A DNA stretch of 64,000 bases from contig NC_086100.1 in the NCBI RefSeq assembly GCF_963921235.1, positions 203,424,001 through 203,488,000 on the forward strand, in the 5' to 3' direction. The notes beneath the pieces were generated by a model, which was not told the origin of the DNA, made no database searches, and was given only the letters and a program-made list of their open reading frames with translations. Positions 27,326 to 40,314 of this stretch are shown here, piece after piece; the first letter of the stretch is position 1; each line of letters begins with the position of its first letter. The position numbers and the translations under genes are program-made. The DNA comes from Mobula hypostoma. Lineage: Eukaryota.

Positions 27326-29066
27326 GTCGCATGTTACCACGTTCAATCCCGTGATTGCTTTTTTGGGACAAATTCAGTAAATCCAAGGATCATCATTGAA
27401 TCAGTGGAAGATCAAACCCAACATCGTGGACAAAATACAATGTGCAAATGAGAACAAACTGTGTAAATACAAAATTTAAAAAATAAGAAATAAATAAGAA
27501 ATGAGTATCATAAACATGAGATGAAGAATCCATGAATGTGTCCATAAGTTGTGGGAACAGTTCAGTGATGGGGCAATTGAAGTTGAGTAAAATTATCCCC
27601 TGTGGTTCAAGAGCTGGATCTTTGAAGGGTAATAACGGTTCCTGAACCTGGTTGTGTGGGTCCTGAAACTCCTGCACTTTCTTCCTGATGGCATCAGTGA
27701 GAGGAGATCATGCGCCACATGGTGGGCTCCTTGATGATAGACGTAGCTTTCCTGAGACAGCACACCATAGAAATGTGCTCAGTGGTGGGGAGGGTTTAAC
27801 CAGTGATGTATTGGGCTGTATCCACTACTTCCTGTAGGATTTTCCTTTCCAGGGCTTTGATGTTTTCATACCAGGCCATGACGTAACCACTAAACATTTT
27901 CTCCACATACCTCTATAGAAGTTGCTCAAGGTTTTAGATGTCATGCTGAATCTTTGCAAGCTTCTAAGGAAATAGAGATGTTCCTGTACTTTCTTCGTAA
28001 TTGCACTTACGTGCTGAGCTCAAGACAGATCCTCAAAACTGATAACATTGAGGAATTTAAGGTTGCTGACCCTCTCCGCCTCTGATCTCTGATGAGGACT
28101 GGCTCACAGGCCTCCTGTTTCCTCTGCCTGAAGTCAATAATCAGCTCCTTGCTCTCGCTGACATTAAATGAGAGGTTATAATAAGACCATAAGGTATAGG
28201 AGCAGAATTAGGCTATTTGACCCATCGAGTCTGCTCTATTAATCCTTTCATCATTTGATATATTTCAATTAGGTCACTTCTCATTCTTTTGAATTCCAGT
28301 AATATAGGCCCAGAGCCATCAGGTACTCTTCCTATGACAACACGTTTAATTTGGGAATCATTTACGTGAACCTCCTTTGGACACTCTCCAGTTTCAGCAC
28401 ATCTTTTCTAAGATAAGGGGTCCAAAACTGCTCACAGTACTCCAGGTGAGGCCTCACCAGTGCTCTCAAAATGTTCAACATTACATCCCTGTGTTTATAT
28501 TCTATTCCTCTGGAAATGAATGCTGACATTACATTTACCTTCTTCATCACAGACTCAATCTGAAAATTGGCCTTTAGGGACTGTTTAGAAAATAGTCAGA
28601 CCTTTCATTTATTCTACCAAAGTGAATGGTGATACCCTTCCTGACACTGTATTCCATCGGACACTTCTTTCCCCATTCTCCTAATCTGTTGAAGACCTTC
28701 CATAGCCTCTCTATTTCCTCAAAACGACCGGACCCTCAACCATCTTCATATTATCTGCAAACATGGCAACAAGGTCATCAATTTCATCATACACATCATT
28801 GACATTTAACATAAAAATTATCAGTCCCAGCACAGACTTCCGTGGAACCCACTAGTCAAGAGGCTCCATTTATACACACTCTTTGCTTCCTCTCAATCAG
28901 TCACAGCTTTATCCATGCTCCAGTTCATCCGAACTCTCCTCACACAGTAGCTCATGCCTCTAATCCAGACAACATCCTGGTGAACCCATTCACAGACACC
29001 AGCGGCGTGTCAGGCTTTAAGTAAGTAAATTAATAACTTGGTGATTAATAAGGGTGTCAAAGGTGA

Positions 29067-29372
29067 TGGGTGTTGGCGCATGGCCAAGTGGTTAAGGCGT
29101 TCATCTAGTGATTTGAAGGTCGCTAGTTCGAGCCTCAGCTGAGGCAGTGCGTGTGTCCTTGAGCAAGGCACTTAACCACACATTGCTCTGCGACGACAAT
29201 GGTGCCAAGCTGTATGGGTCCTAATGCCCTTCCCTTGGACAACTATCGGTGGCGTGGAGAGGGGAGACTTGCAGCATGGGCAACTGCTGGTCTTCCATAC
29301 AACCTTGCCCAGGCCTGTGCCCTGGAAGCTTTCCAAGGCGCAAACCCATGGACTCATGAGACTAACGGATGC
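29067..29372 (+). mobile_element. tRNA-derived SINE with CORE-like middle
   Basis: A box TGGCCAAGTGG 29081, B box AGTTCGAGCC 29125, GTGTCCTTGAGCAAGGCACTTAACC; TSD CAAAGGTGA at 29058-29066 and 29373-29381. Confidence 0.88.
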
Positions 29373-30269
29373 CAAAGGTGACTGGTAGAAGGCAGTAGTA
29401 TGGAGTTTAGAGGGAAAATCCAATAGCCATGATCAAATGGTGAACACTCAATGGACAGAATGGATATTTCAGTTCCTATGACTTGTGATATAGTGGTGAG
29501 ATGGCGATGCGGTGGGAAGTAAGATGCGGCTGCAGGTAAGAGTGGGTGTCCGGGTAGGAGGAGGTGTCAAGCACCTTTTCACTATGTCTTATAACCAACA
29601 ACAATTAACTCAGAGTGGATCAATCATAAGAGTGTTTTAGTTTTACTTGTAGCAAGGGAAGACTGGCACTGTTGAAGAGCTGGTAATAGTTTTGTCAAAA
29701 GGAACCACGCAGACTGTTCGTTCACTCCTTCGGACACAAGTTCAAAGACAGGGTGCGTTCTGTTTGTCTGCTGAATTGGTGTATTTGGCATTGTTCCAGT
29801 AACACAGGTGCGGGTCTGCACTCAAGTGCTTAATACCATCAGCGTAATGTTGCATGAAAATTGTTGGGAAAGCACGCTGATACAAAACAGGTTCCAGCGT
29901 GTTACAGACAGAAGTGCCATCTTGGTAGGACAAGTGAAGTATATTTCTGCAGTGGTGGAGAAGTATTCCCACACCCATCGCCTTCCAGCCCTTACGCCAC
30001 TCTCTGTTTCTGTAACCCCCTCCAAGTCCAGCACAGCTTGTCAAGCAAGCTTGTCCTTGCAAGCGAGGGAAGTTCCACACACCCCCATTTACTTCCTCCC
30101 TCAGTCCCATTCTGGATGGCAAACAGTACTTCCAGATGAGGCAACACTTCGCCTGCAACTGTCAGAATAGGATGATTTGGCAGATGAATGTGTGGCTGAG
30201 GAACTAGTGCAGGGGCATTGCATCAGATTTCTGGATCATTGCGATCTCTTCTGGGGAAGGAACAATCTG

Positions 30270-31810
30270 TACAACAACATGCTGGAGGAACTCAACAGGT
30301 TGGGCAGCATCCGTGGAAAGGAACAGTGAACATTTCGGGCCAAGATCCTTCATCAGGACTGAAGAGGGAAGGGGCAGAAGCCCTATAAAGAAGGTGGGGG
30401 GAGGGTGGGAAGGAGAAGGCTGGTAGGTTCCAGGTGAAAAATCAGTAAGGGGAAAGATCAAGGGGTGGGGAAAAGGAGGCAGGGAGGTGATAGGCTGGAA
30501 AGGTGAAGAAAGAATAGGGGAAAACACAATAGGTAGTAGAAGGAGGCGTAACCAAGAAGGAGGTGATAGGCAGCTAGAGGAGGGAGCACATTGAAACTGG
30601 GATAGTGAGGGGGAGGGAAATACTGGAAGTTGGAGAATTCTATGTTCAACCCAAGGGGCTGGAGACTACTTAGCGGGTATAATGAGGTGTTGCTCCTCCA
30701 ACCTGAGTTTGGCCTTATCATGGCAGTAGAGGAGGCCATGTATGGGCATATCCGAATGGGATTGTGAAGCAGAGTTGAAGTGAGTGGCAACCAGGAGAAC
30801 CTGTCTGTTGTGGCGGATGGAGCAGAGGTGCTCGACAAAGTGGTCCCCCAATCTGCGTCGGGTTTCACCGATATAGAGGAGGCCGCACCGGGAGCACCGG
30901 ATGCAATAGATGACCCCAACAGACTCACAAGTGAAGTGTTGCCTCACCTGGAAGGACTGTTTGGGGCCCTGAATGGTGGCAAGAGAGGACGTGTAGGGAC
31001 AGGTGTAGCACTTACGCTTACATGGATAAGTGCCAGGTGGGAGATCCGTGGGGAGGGACGTTAGATAAGGGAGTCACGGAGGGACCGTTCCTGCGGAAAG
31101 CAGAGAGGGGTGGAGAGGGAACGATCTGCTTAGTAGTGGGGTCCTGTTGAAGGTGACGGAAGTTGCGGAGGATAATGTGCTGGATCCAGAGGCTGGTGGT
31201 GTGGTAGGTGAAGACAAGGGGAACTCTGTCCTTGTTGTGGTGGTGGGAGGATGGGGTGAGGGCTGAAGTGCGGGAAATGGAGGAGATGTGGGTGAGGGCA
31301 TCATTAATGATAGCAGAAGAGAAACCACGATCCTTTAAGAAAGAGGACATTTGAGATGTCCTGGAAGAGAAAGACTCATCCTGGGAGCAGATGCGGTGGA
31401 GACGGAGGAACTGGGAATAGGGAATGGCATTTTTGCATGTGGCGGGGTGGGAAGAGGTATAGTCGAGGTAGTTATGAGAGTCAGTGGGCTTGTAGGAGAT
31501 GTCAGTGGATGGTCTGTCTCCAGAGATGGAGACCGAGAGATCGAGAAAGGGGAGAGAAGTGTCCGAGATAGACCAAGTGAATTTGAGGGATGGGTGGAAG
31601 TTAGAAGCAAAGTCGATGAAATTGACGAGCTCAGCATGGGTGCAGGAAGCAGCACCAATGTGGTTGTCAATGTAGTGAAGGAAAAGTTGGGGAGCAGTGC
31701 CAGTACAGGTTTGGAGAATAGACTATTCCACATAACCATCGAAGAGGTAGGCATAGCTGGGGCCTATGCGAGTGCTCGTAGCTGTACCCGTGATCTGAAG
31801 AAAGTGGGAA
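30270..31810 (-). mobile_element. Penelope-like element, second subfamily, degenerate
   Basis: RT C-terminus and GIY-YIG in broken frames (31018-31350, 30666-30947) and pseudo-LTR with hammerhead motif at 30325-30360. Confidence 0.88.
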
Positions 31811-31990
31811 AGATCTGTACAACAGGGCTCTAGTCACCATCAGGTTTAAACATTTAACAGCTGAGTTGAACTCCCTCCCTCGTGTGAAGTTGCTGGCGTC
31901 TCAGTAGGTGGGATGACATTAAATCTCTTGGCTCACTCAGGACGGAAGTGTGGCCTCTACTCATTAACAACTTCACTGTAGCCTCTCAAG

Positions 31991-32808
31991 TGCTACACAT
32001 GCCCTTACACTTCCTCCCTTACCACTATTCAGGGCCCCAAACAGTCCTTCCAGGTGAGACATCACTTCACCTGTGAGTCGACTGGGGTGATATACTGCGT
32101 CCGGTGCTCCCGATGTGGCCTTTTATATATTGGTGAGACCCGACGCAGACTGGGAGACCGCTTTGCTGAACACCTACGCTCTGTCCGCCAGAGAAAGCAG
32201 GATCTCCCAGTGGCCACACATTTTAATTCCACATCCCATTCCCATTCTGACATGTCTATCCACGGCCTCCTCTACTGTAAAGATGAAGCCACACTCAGGT
32301 TGGAGGAACAACACCTTATATTCCATCTGGGTAGCCTCCAACCTGATGGCATGAACATCGACTTCTCTAACTTCCGCTAAGGCCCCACCTCCCCCTCGTA
32401 CCCCATCTGTTACGCATTTTTATGCACACATTCTTTCTCTCACTCTCCTTTTTCTCCCTCTGTCCCTCTGAATATACCTCTTGCCCATCCTCTGGGTCAC
32501 CCCCCCCCTTGTCTTTCTTCCCGGACCTCCTGTCCCATGATCCTGTCGTATCCCCTTTTGCCTATCACCTGTCCAGCTCTCGGCTCTATCCCTCCCCCTC
32601 CTGTCTTCTCCTATCATTTTGCATCTCCCCCTCCCCCTCCAGCTTTCAAATCCCTTACTCACTCTTCCTTCAGTTAGTCCTGACGAAGGGTCTCGGCCCG
32701 AAACGTCGACTGTACCTCTTCCTATAGATGCTGCCTGGCCTGCTGCGTTCACCAGCAACTTTGATGTATGTTGCTTGAATTTCCAGCATCTGCAGAATTC
32801 CTGTTGTT
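31991..32808 (+). mobile_element. 5'-truncated Penelope-like element (GIY-YIG + pseudo-LTR)
   Basis: VIYCVRCSRCGLLYIGETRRRLGDRFAEHL; TSD TGTAGCCTCTCAAG at 31977-31990 and 32809-32822. Confidence 0.93.
32676..32711 (+). ncRNA. Minimal type I hammerhead ribozyme in Penelope pseudo-LTR
   Basis: AGTC-CTGACGA-A-GGG(tctcgg)CCC-GAAA-C-GTC-GACT: intact core boxes, stem I AGTC/GACT, stem II, palindromic ACGT in place of stem III. Confidence 0.85.
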
Positions 32809-33139
32809 TGTAGCCTCTCAAGGTGGGTTAACGGAATGAAATGCTTCCCACACTCCGAACAGGTTTACAGATGCTCCCCGTGCGTGAAATGGCGGGTGTT
32901 TCAGTAGCTCAGGTAACTGATCGGACTGTTCCCACATGCGGAGCTTGTGATCAGAATTTTCCCCCGTGTGGCTGCTGTGGTATTTCTGCAGTGCAGATGT
33001 TTGATGAATCCTTTCCCATGCTCGGAGTGGATTAATGGCCTCTCCCCAGTGTGAACATGCTGGAGTATGTGCAGGTACAATGGCCGAGTGAGTGACTTCC
33101 AAAATGAGAGGCCCTTACTCCACTCCGAGCCAGGAAAAA

Positions 33140-34500
33140 TACCGGTGCTGTGGAAGACTTCCTGCTTGGTTCCTTTTCCCAATAAGGCGACTGCAAGTGA
33201 ACTTCATGACTACAGATCATTTGCCCTCACATCTCATCTGATGGAAGTGCTGTAGAGGCTGGTCCTGACTTACCTTGGACCCTATACAGTTTGCCAACCA
33301 ACCTTATGAGGGAGTAGATGATGTCATCATCTACCTATTGCAGCGAGCTCTCTCCCACCTGGATGATGCTGTTAGCATTGTGAGAATCACATTTTTTTTT
33401 TATTTCTCTGGTGCCTTCAGTAAAATCCAGGCAGGTCTTTTGAGGAAGAAACTGCCAAGGATGGGTGTAGACAAATTCACTATCTCCTGGATCACTGCCT
33501 TCCTGACTGATGGACCCCAGTTTGTACCGCTGGGTGGTTCTCTGCCTGAGGTGGAGGTGGGTGACACTGGAGCCCCACAAGGGACTGTCCTGTCTCCGTT
33601 TATGTTCACACTGTACACCTCAGACTTTCAATGTGACTCTGAGTCTTGTCACTTGCATAAGTTCTCTGATAACTCTGCGGTAGTTGGGTGCATCAGAGAC
33701 GGGCAGGAGTACAGAGGACTGGTGGACAGGATTGTGGAATAGTGAGGGAGGAATCACCTGCTCCTGAATATGTCCAAAACCAGGGAAATGGTGATTGATT
33801 TTAGGAGGAATAGGACTGATGAGACCAATATACATTCTGGTAGAAGTTGTTGCAATGGTGAAGGAATACAAATACTTGGGTGTTCACCTTGACAACAGAC
33901 TTGACTGGAAAACCAACCCCAACTCTGTTTACAGAAGGGTACGAGCAGACTCTTATTTTCTAAGGAAGCAGAGATCCTTGAATGTGTGAGGCAGGTGTCG
34001 CAGGTCTTTTACCAGTCTGTTGCAGCGAGTGCAGTTTTCTTTGCTGCGCTATGTTGGGAGAGCAGCATCAGTGCTGGTGAACAAAAAGGCGAGACCCATC
34101 CTTGGCCACAACCAGGATTCTTTCGAGTTAGTGGTGGAGAGGAGGAGAGAAAAAACTGATATCGTTTTTGGACAATCAGGCAGATTCTCTCTATAAACTA
34201 CTGAATAGGCAGCGGAGCCCCCACCCCCTTTCGAACAGACTCACTCAGCTCCGCTGCCACCAGGATCGTTGCAGAAAATATTTCCTACCAAATGCAATGA
34301 GCCTAGACAACAGTTCATCTTTCTGCGACAGAACACACATCGTAGTTCAATAGTCTCTGCATTTTTGTTTCATACATTATTATTGCACATTGTTTTTTTT
34401 TATTTTGGGAAAGTTTGCACGCTGTTAAGTGAGTTTTTAAATGTTGCTGCTGTAACGAAAGAATTCCCCACTCGGGTCAATAAAATATTTATTATTATTA
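33140..34500 (+). mobile_element. Rex1/Babar-type LINE, 5'-truncated, degenerate
   Basis: WKTSCLVP.P..., DYRSFALTSHLM, GAPQGTVLSP, KFSDNS, YKYLGVHLDNRLDW; AATAAA + (TTA)n tail. Confidence 0.85.
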
Positions 34501-34648
34501 TCATCACCATCCAGCCCTTTATCTTTTTCATCAACCAACTTCCCAGCTCTCTACTTCACCCTCCCCCTCTCCTGGTTTCACTTATCACCTCACCTCCTCC
34601 CACATTTTTACTCCCTCCCTTCCTTTCCAGTATCGAAACCTCAACTGC

Positions 34649-34837
34649 TGACTTCTCTCCATAGTCTGCTCCCAGTGACTTCTCTCCATAGTCTGCCCCG
34701 TCTGACTTCTCTCCATAGTCTGCCCCCGCTGACTTCTCTCCATAGTCTGCTCCCAGTGACTTCTCTCCATAGTAAGCCCCTGCTGACTTCTCTCCATAGT
34801 CCGCCCCCGCTGACTTCTCTCCATAGTCTGCCCCCAG
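34649..34837. repeat. 27-bp minisatellite, 7 copies
   Basis: Unit TGACTTCTCTCCATAGTCTGCCCCCGC with a variable last 10 nt. Confidence 0.95.
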
Positions 34838-34869
34838 TGACTGCCCTCCAGCATCGTGTGTGTGTTGCT

Positions 34870-35385
34870 TTGTCTGTCTGTCTGTATCTTGTTTTACGGC
34901 GGTTGGCATCCAGCTTAATGGTGCATTACCGCCACCCTCTGCTCCAGAATGTGCACTAGACATACATTCTAAATCCCTTCACCCAATCACACATACACAC
35001 ACACGCACACACACAAACCTACACTTCACCCTCCCATCTTTGACCATCCTAGTATCCTATTCCTGTTTATTCGTCATATTCTATAAAAAAAACCATGTAC
35101 CCCTTAAAAACACTAAAAATACCCGGACTTGTGCTCTCTCACCCATGCCCAGCAACCCTTTTAATGTGAATTCCTGCATCCCCAACTCCCTTAGTTTAAT
35201 TCTCATCATCTCTCTCTGTATCCCATACTTCCTGCAACTCAGAACTACAGGTTCTACTGACTCCTCTTCCTGACATTCCTCACACAATCCTGTCTGGTGT
35301 TTCCCTATCATTTTCAATGTTTTGTTTAATGCACAGTGTCCCAGCCTTAACCTAGTCCACACAGTCTCCTCTCTTCTGTTTCGTG
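34870..35385 (-). mobile_element. I/Nimb-like non-LTR retrotransposon 3' end
   Basis: RLRLGH.ALN..L..IG.H.TGLCEEC..EESVE.VV..C zinc-knuckle region and a GC hairpin 3' UTR. Confidence 0.7.
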
Positions 35386-35419
35386 TTGCTTTGTATTTCC
35401 TCATCTCCTGTTTAAACAA

Positions 35420-35710
35420 ACGCGCATGCGCAGACGTCGCAGCAGCTCCTGCCTATCACGCATGCGCTCAGTGGACGAGCGGCTCGGGAGGGTCGGGTGC
35501 AGGTAGGAGCGCGGCCCTCCGGGCGGCATTTTAATCACCGGCGTCTGAACCGCGATTGAAGGACAATTACTGTCAGCTCTGGCCACAGTGGTCCCACAAC
35601 CCAGGACAGTTCCGATCCCTTCCCTCTCTCCGTCCCGCGAACCGTACACCCGAGCCATAGGGAACTTTAGGTTGACGAGCGCTGGCGCCGCCGCGCATGC
35701 GCATCGTTGA
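35420..35710. promoter_or_regulatory. CpG-rich promoter with three NRF1-type motifs; candidate non-coding first exon of the ZF gene
   Basis: GCGCATGCGC at 35422-35431 and 35693-35702, ACGCATGCGC at 35458-35467; donor CAG|GTAGGA at 35503; candidate acceptor tttttacag| at 41274. Confidence 0.7.
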
Positions 35711-35845
35711 ATCAGTCAGGATGTCTGATCCGTGTCTTGTTGGAAAATGAGTTCATATGGAAACATAGGAATCTACAGGCCCTTCGTCCCACAGTTTTGT
35801 GCCAACCATGTTACCTATTCTAGAGATTGCCTCGGATTTCCCAAC

Positions 35846-38165
35846 CATGTTATCATGGGTGACTTTAACTTCCCTAATATTGATTGGCACCTGATTAGTT
35901 CCAAGGGTTTAGATGGGGCAGAGTTTGTTAAGTGTGTCCAGGATGGATTCCTGTCACAGTATGTTGACAGGCCAACTAGGGGGAATGCCATACTAGATCT
36001 AGTATTACGTAATGAACCAGGTCAGGTCACAGATCTCTCAGTGGGTGAGCATCTGGGGGACAGTGACCACCGCTCCCTGGCCTTTAGCATTATCATGGAA
36101 AAGGATAGAATCAGAGAGGACAGGAAAATTTTTAATTGGGGAACGGCAAATTATGAGGCTATAAGACTAGAACTTGCGGGTGTGAATTGGGATGATGTTT
36201 TTGCAGGGAAATGTACTATGAATATGTGGTCGATGTTTAGAGATCTCTTGCAGGATGTTAGGGATAAATTTGTCCCAGTGAGGAAGATAAAGAATGGTAG
36301 GGTGAAGGAACCATGGGTGACAAGTGAGGTGGAAAATCTAGTCGGGTGGAAGAAGGCAGCATACATGAGGTTTAGGAAGCAAGAATCAGATGGGTCTGTT
36401 GAGGAATATAGGGAAGCAAGAAAGGAGCTTAAGAAGGGGCTGAGAAGAGCAAGAAGGGGGCATGAGAAGGCCTTGGCGAGTAGGGTAAAGGAAAACCTCA
36501 ATGCATTCTTCAATTATGTGAAGAACAAAAGGATGACAGGAGTGAAGGTAGGACCGATTAGAGATAAAGGTGGGAAGATGTGCCTGGAGGCTGTGGAAGT
36601 GAGTGCGATCCTCAATGAATACTTCTCTTTGGTATTCACCAATGAGAGGGAACTTGAATTTTCCCCAGGCTGCTCCACGATGTGAGGGAAGAGATTGCTG
36701 AGCCTCTGGCTTGGATCTTTATGGCCTCGTTGTGTACGAGAGTGGAGGGAGGCGAATGTTGTCCCCTTGTTCAAAAAAGGTAGTAGGGATAGTGCGGGTA
36801 ATTATAGACCAGTGAACCTTACGTCTGTGGTGGGAAAGCTGTTGGAAAAGATGCTTAGAGATAGGATCTATGGGCATGTAGAGAATCATGGTCTGATCAG
36901 GGACAGTCAGCATGGCTTTGTGAAGGGCAGATCATGTCTAACAAGCCTGATAGAGTTCTTTGAGGATGTGACCAGGCATATAGATGAGGGTAGTGCAGTC
37001 GATGTGAGTTACATGGATTTTAGTAAGGCATTTGACAAGGTTCCACACGGTAGGCTTATTCAGAAAGTCAGAAGGCATGGGCTCAGGGAAATTTGGCCAG
37101 GTGGATTCAGGATTGGCTTGCCTGCAGAAGGCAGAGGGTCGGGGTGGAGGGAATACATTCGGATTGGAGGGTTGTGACTAGTGGTGTCCCACAAGGATCG
37201 GTTCTGGGACCTCTACTTTTAATGATTTTTTATTAATGACCTGGATGTGGGGGTAGAAGGGTGGGTCGGCATGTTTGCAGATGACACAAAGATTGGTGGT
37301 GTTGTAGATAGTGTAGAGGATTGAAAGAGATTGCAAAGAGACATTGACAGGTTGCAGAAGTGGGCTGAGAAGTGGCAGATGGAGTTCAACCCGGAGAAGT
37401 GTGAGGTGGTACACTTTGGAAGGACAAACTCCAAGACAGAGTACAAAGTAAATGGCGGGATACTTGGTAGTGTGGAGGAGCAGAGGGATCTCGGGGTACA
37501 TGTCCACAGATCCCTGAAAGTTGCCTCACAGGTGGATAGGGTAGTTAAGAAAGCTTATGGGGTGTTAGCTTTCATAAGTTGAGGGATGGAGTTTAGAGTC
37601 ATGATGTAATGATGCAGCTCTTTAAAACTCTGGTTGGGCCACACTTGGAGTACTGTGTCCAGTTCTGGTCGCCTCACTATAGGAAGAATATGGAAGCATT
37701 GGAAAGGGTACAGAGGAGATTTACCAGGGTGCTGCCTGGTTTAGAGAGTATGGATTATGATCAGAGATTAAGGAAGCTAGGGCTTTACACTTTGCAGAGA
37801 AGGAGGATGAGAGGAGACATGATAGAGGTATACAAGATATTAAGAGGAATAGATAGAGTGGATAGCCAGCGCCTCTTCCCCAGGGCACCACTGCTCAATA
37901 CAAGAGGACATGGCTTTAAGATAGGGGGCGGGAAGTTCAAGGGGGATATTAGAGGAAGGTTTTTTACTCAGAGAGTGGTTGGTGCGTGGAATGCACTGCC
38001 TGAGTCAGTGGTGGAGGCAGATACACTAGTGAAGTTTAAGAGACTACTAGACAGGTATATGGAGGAATTTAAGGTGGCGGGTTATATGGGAGGCAGGGTT
38101 TGAGGGTTGGCACAATGTGGGTCGAAGGGCCTGTACTGTGCTGTACTATTCTATGTTCTATGTAA
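35846..38165 (+). mobile_element. CR1 (same family as 23.8-27.3 kb) with internal deletions
   Basis: ORFs 35732-36685, 36695-37177, 37609-38103 carry APE/RT motifs. Confidence 0.93.
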
Positions 38166-40010
38166 CCACATAGCCCTCTATTTTTCTAAGCTCCATATAC
38201 ATATTTAAGAGTCTGTTAAAAGACTCTTTGGTATCTGCCTCTACCACCATTGCCAGCAGTGCATTCCATGCACCAACCACTATCTGTGTGAAAAACTTAC
38301 CTCTGACATCCCCCTTGTACCTACTTACAAGCTCCTTAAAATTATGCCCCCTCATGTTAGTCAGTTCAGCCCTCTGGAAAAGTCTCTGGCTAGCCACATG
38401 ATCGATGCCTCTCATCATCTTATACAACTCTCAGGTCACCTCTCATCTTCAGTCGCTCCAAAGTTTACTCAAACTATTCTCATAAGGCTGTTCTCCAATC
38501 CATGCAGCATCCTTGTAAATCTCATAGAACATAGAACATAGAATAGTACAGCACAGTACGGGCCCTTCGGCCCACAATGTTGTGCCGACCCTCAAACCCT
38601 GCCTCCCATATAAGCCCCCACCTTAAATTCCTCCGTATACCTGTCTAGTGGTCTCTTAAACTTTACTAGTGTATCTGCCTCCACCACTGACTCAGGCAGT
38701 GCATTCCACGCACCAACCACTCTCTGAGTAAAAAACCTTCCTCTAATATCCCCCTTGAACTTCCCACCCCTTACCTTAAAGCCATGTCCTCTTGTATTGA
38801 GCAGTGGTGCCCTGGGGAAGAGGCGCTGGGTATCCACTCTATCTATTCCTCTTATTATCTTGTACACCTCTATCATGTCTCCTCTCATCCTCCTTCTCTC
38901 CAAGGAGTAAAGCCCTAGCTCCCTTAATCTCTGATCATAATGCATACTTTCTAAACCAGGCAGCATCCTGGTAAATCTCCTCTGTACCCTTTCCAATGCT
39001 TCCACATCCTTCCTATAGTGAGGTGACCAGAACTGGACACAGTACTCCAAGTGGGACCTAACTAAGGTCTTATATAGCTGTAACATTACCTCACAGCTTT
39101 TGAACTCAGTCCCATGGTTGATGAAGGGCTCCTTAACAGCAATGTCAACCTGCACAGCAGCTTTGAGCGTACTATTGAAATGGACCCCAAGATATCACTG
39201 ATCCTCCACACTGCCAAAACTCCTAATATAATATTATATTCTGTCTGCAAATTTGACCTACGAAAATGAACCTCTGCACACTTATCTAGGTTGAACTCCA
39301 TCTGCCACTTCTCATCCCAGTTCTGCATCCTATCGATGTCCTGCTGCAACCTCTGGCAACTGTCCAGACTCTCCACAACACCCACAACATTTGTGACATT
39401 AGCAAACTTACTAACGCACTATTCTACATGCTTATCAAGATCATTTATAGAAATCACAAACAGACGGGTCCCAGAACACATCCCTGCAGAACACCACTGG
39501 TCATTGTCCTCCATGCAGAATACGAACCATCTACAATCACCTTTTGGCTTCTGTGGGCAATCCAGTTCTGGATCCACAAAGCAAGGTCTACTTTGATCCT
39601 TGCCTCATTACTTTCTGAATGAGCCTTGCATGTGGAATCTTATCAAAAGTCTTATTGAAAGCCACGTACACTACATCCAATGCTCTACCTTCATCAGTGT
39701 GTTTTGTTACATCCTCAGAGAATTCAATCAGGTTCATAAGGCACGACCTACCCGAGAAAAAGCCATGCTGACTATCGCAAATGAGATTATGTTTCCCCAA
39801 ATGCTCATAAATTCTGCCTCTCAGGAGCTTCTCCAAAACATTGCCCTCCACTGAACTAAGACTCACTGGTGTATAATTTCCTAGGTTACCTCTATTCCCT
39901 TTCCTGAACAAGGGAACAATGACTTCCAAATCGCTGACACTTCTCCGATCCCTATTGATGGTGCAAAGTTCATCGCCAGAGGCTCAGCAATTACCACCCT
40001 CACTTCCCAC
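38160..40010 (-). mobile_element. Composite CR1: older copy with a young 3' end inserted at 38525-39060
   Basis: Two successive CR1 3' ends; RT motifs at 39086-39929. Confidence 0.85.
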
Positions 40011-40314
40011 AGTAGCCTGAGGTATATCTCAACTTCAGTACCTCCAACCTGAGTTGAACTTGGTAAAATTGTGATGCTAGAGCTCACATTGAAAGTAGAT
40101 TTTATAGAAACATGTAAAATTATGAAAGGGATAGATAAGATAAAGGCAGGAAAGTTGTTTCCACTGCTAAATGAGACGAGAACCAGAGGACATCGCCTCA
40201 AGATTCAGGGAATTTGGGATGGAGATGAGGAGGAACTGCTTTTCCCAGAGAGGGGTGCAGCTGTGGATTTCTCTGCCCAATGAAGCAGTGGAGGCCACCT
40301 CAGTAAATATATAC

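Larger units (their letters stand above)
31860..33140 (-). pseudogene. Degenerate C2H2 zinc-finger array split by a Penelope insertion
   Basis: Minus-strand HVHTGERPLIHSEHGKGF and CSECGKHF-like remnants at 32823-33130; weaker remnants left of 31977. Confidence 0.65.

Noticed and set aside
26735..27346. Host SGNH esterase gene (also 8226-8615)
   Set aside because: Sits directly upstream of CR1 ORF2; esterase-type ORF1 is a known CR1 feature.
29075..29150. tRNA gene
   Set aside because: A and B boxes are present, but the sequence continues into a SINE body bounded by a TSD, with an empty paralogous site at 51696.
34649..34837. CRISPR array or GADYGEKSA repeat protein
   Set aside because: Contiguous 27-bp units with near-identical variable parts, eukaryotic context, no cas genes; the ORFs arise only because 27 is divisible by 3.
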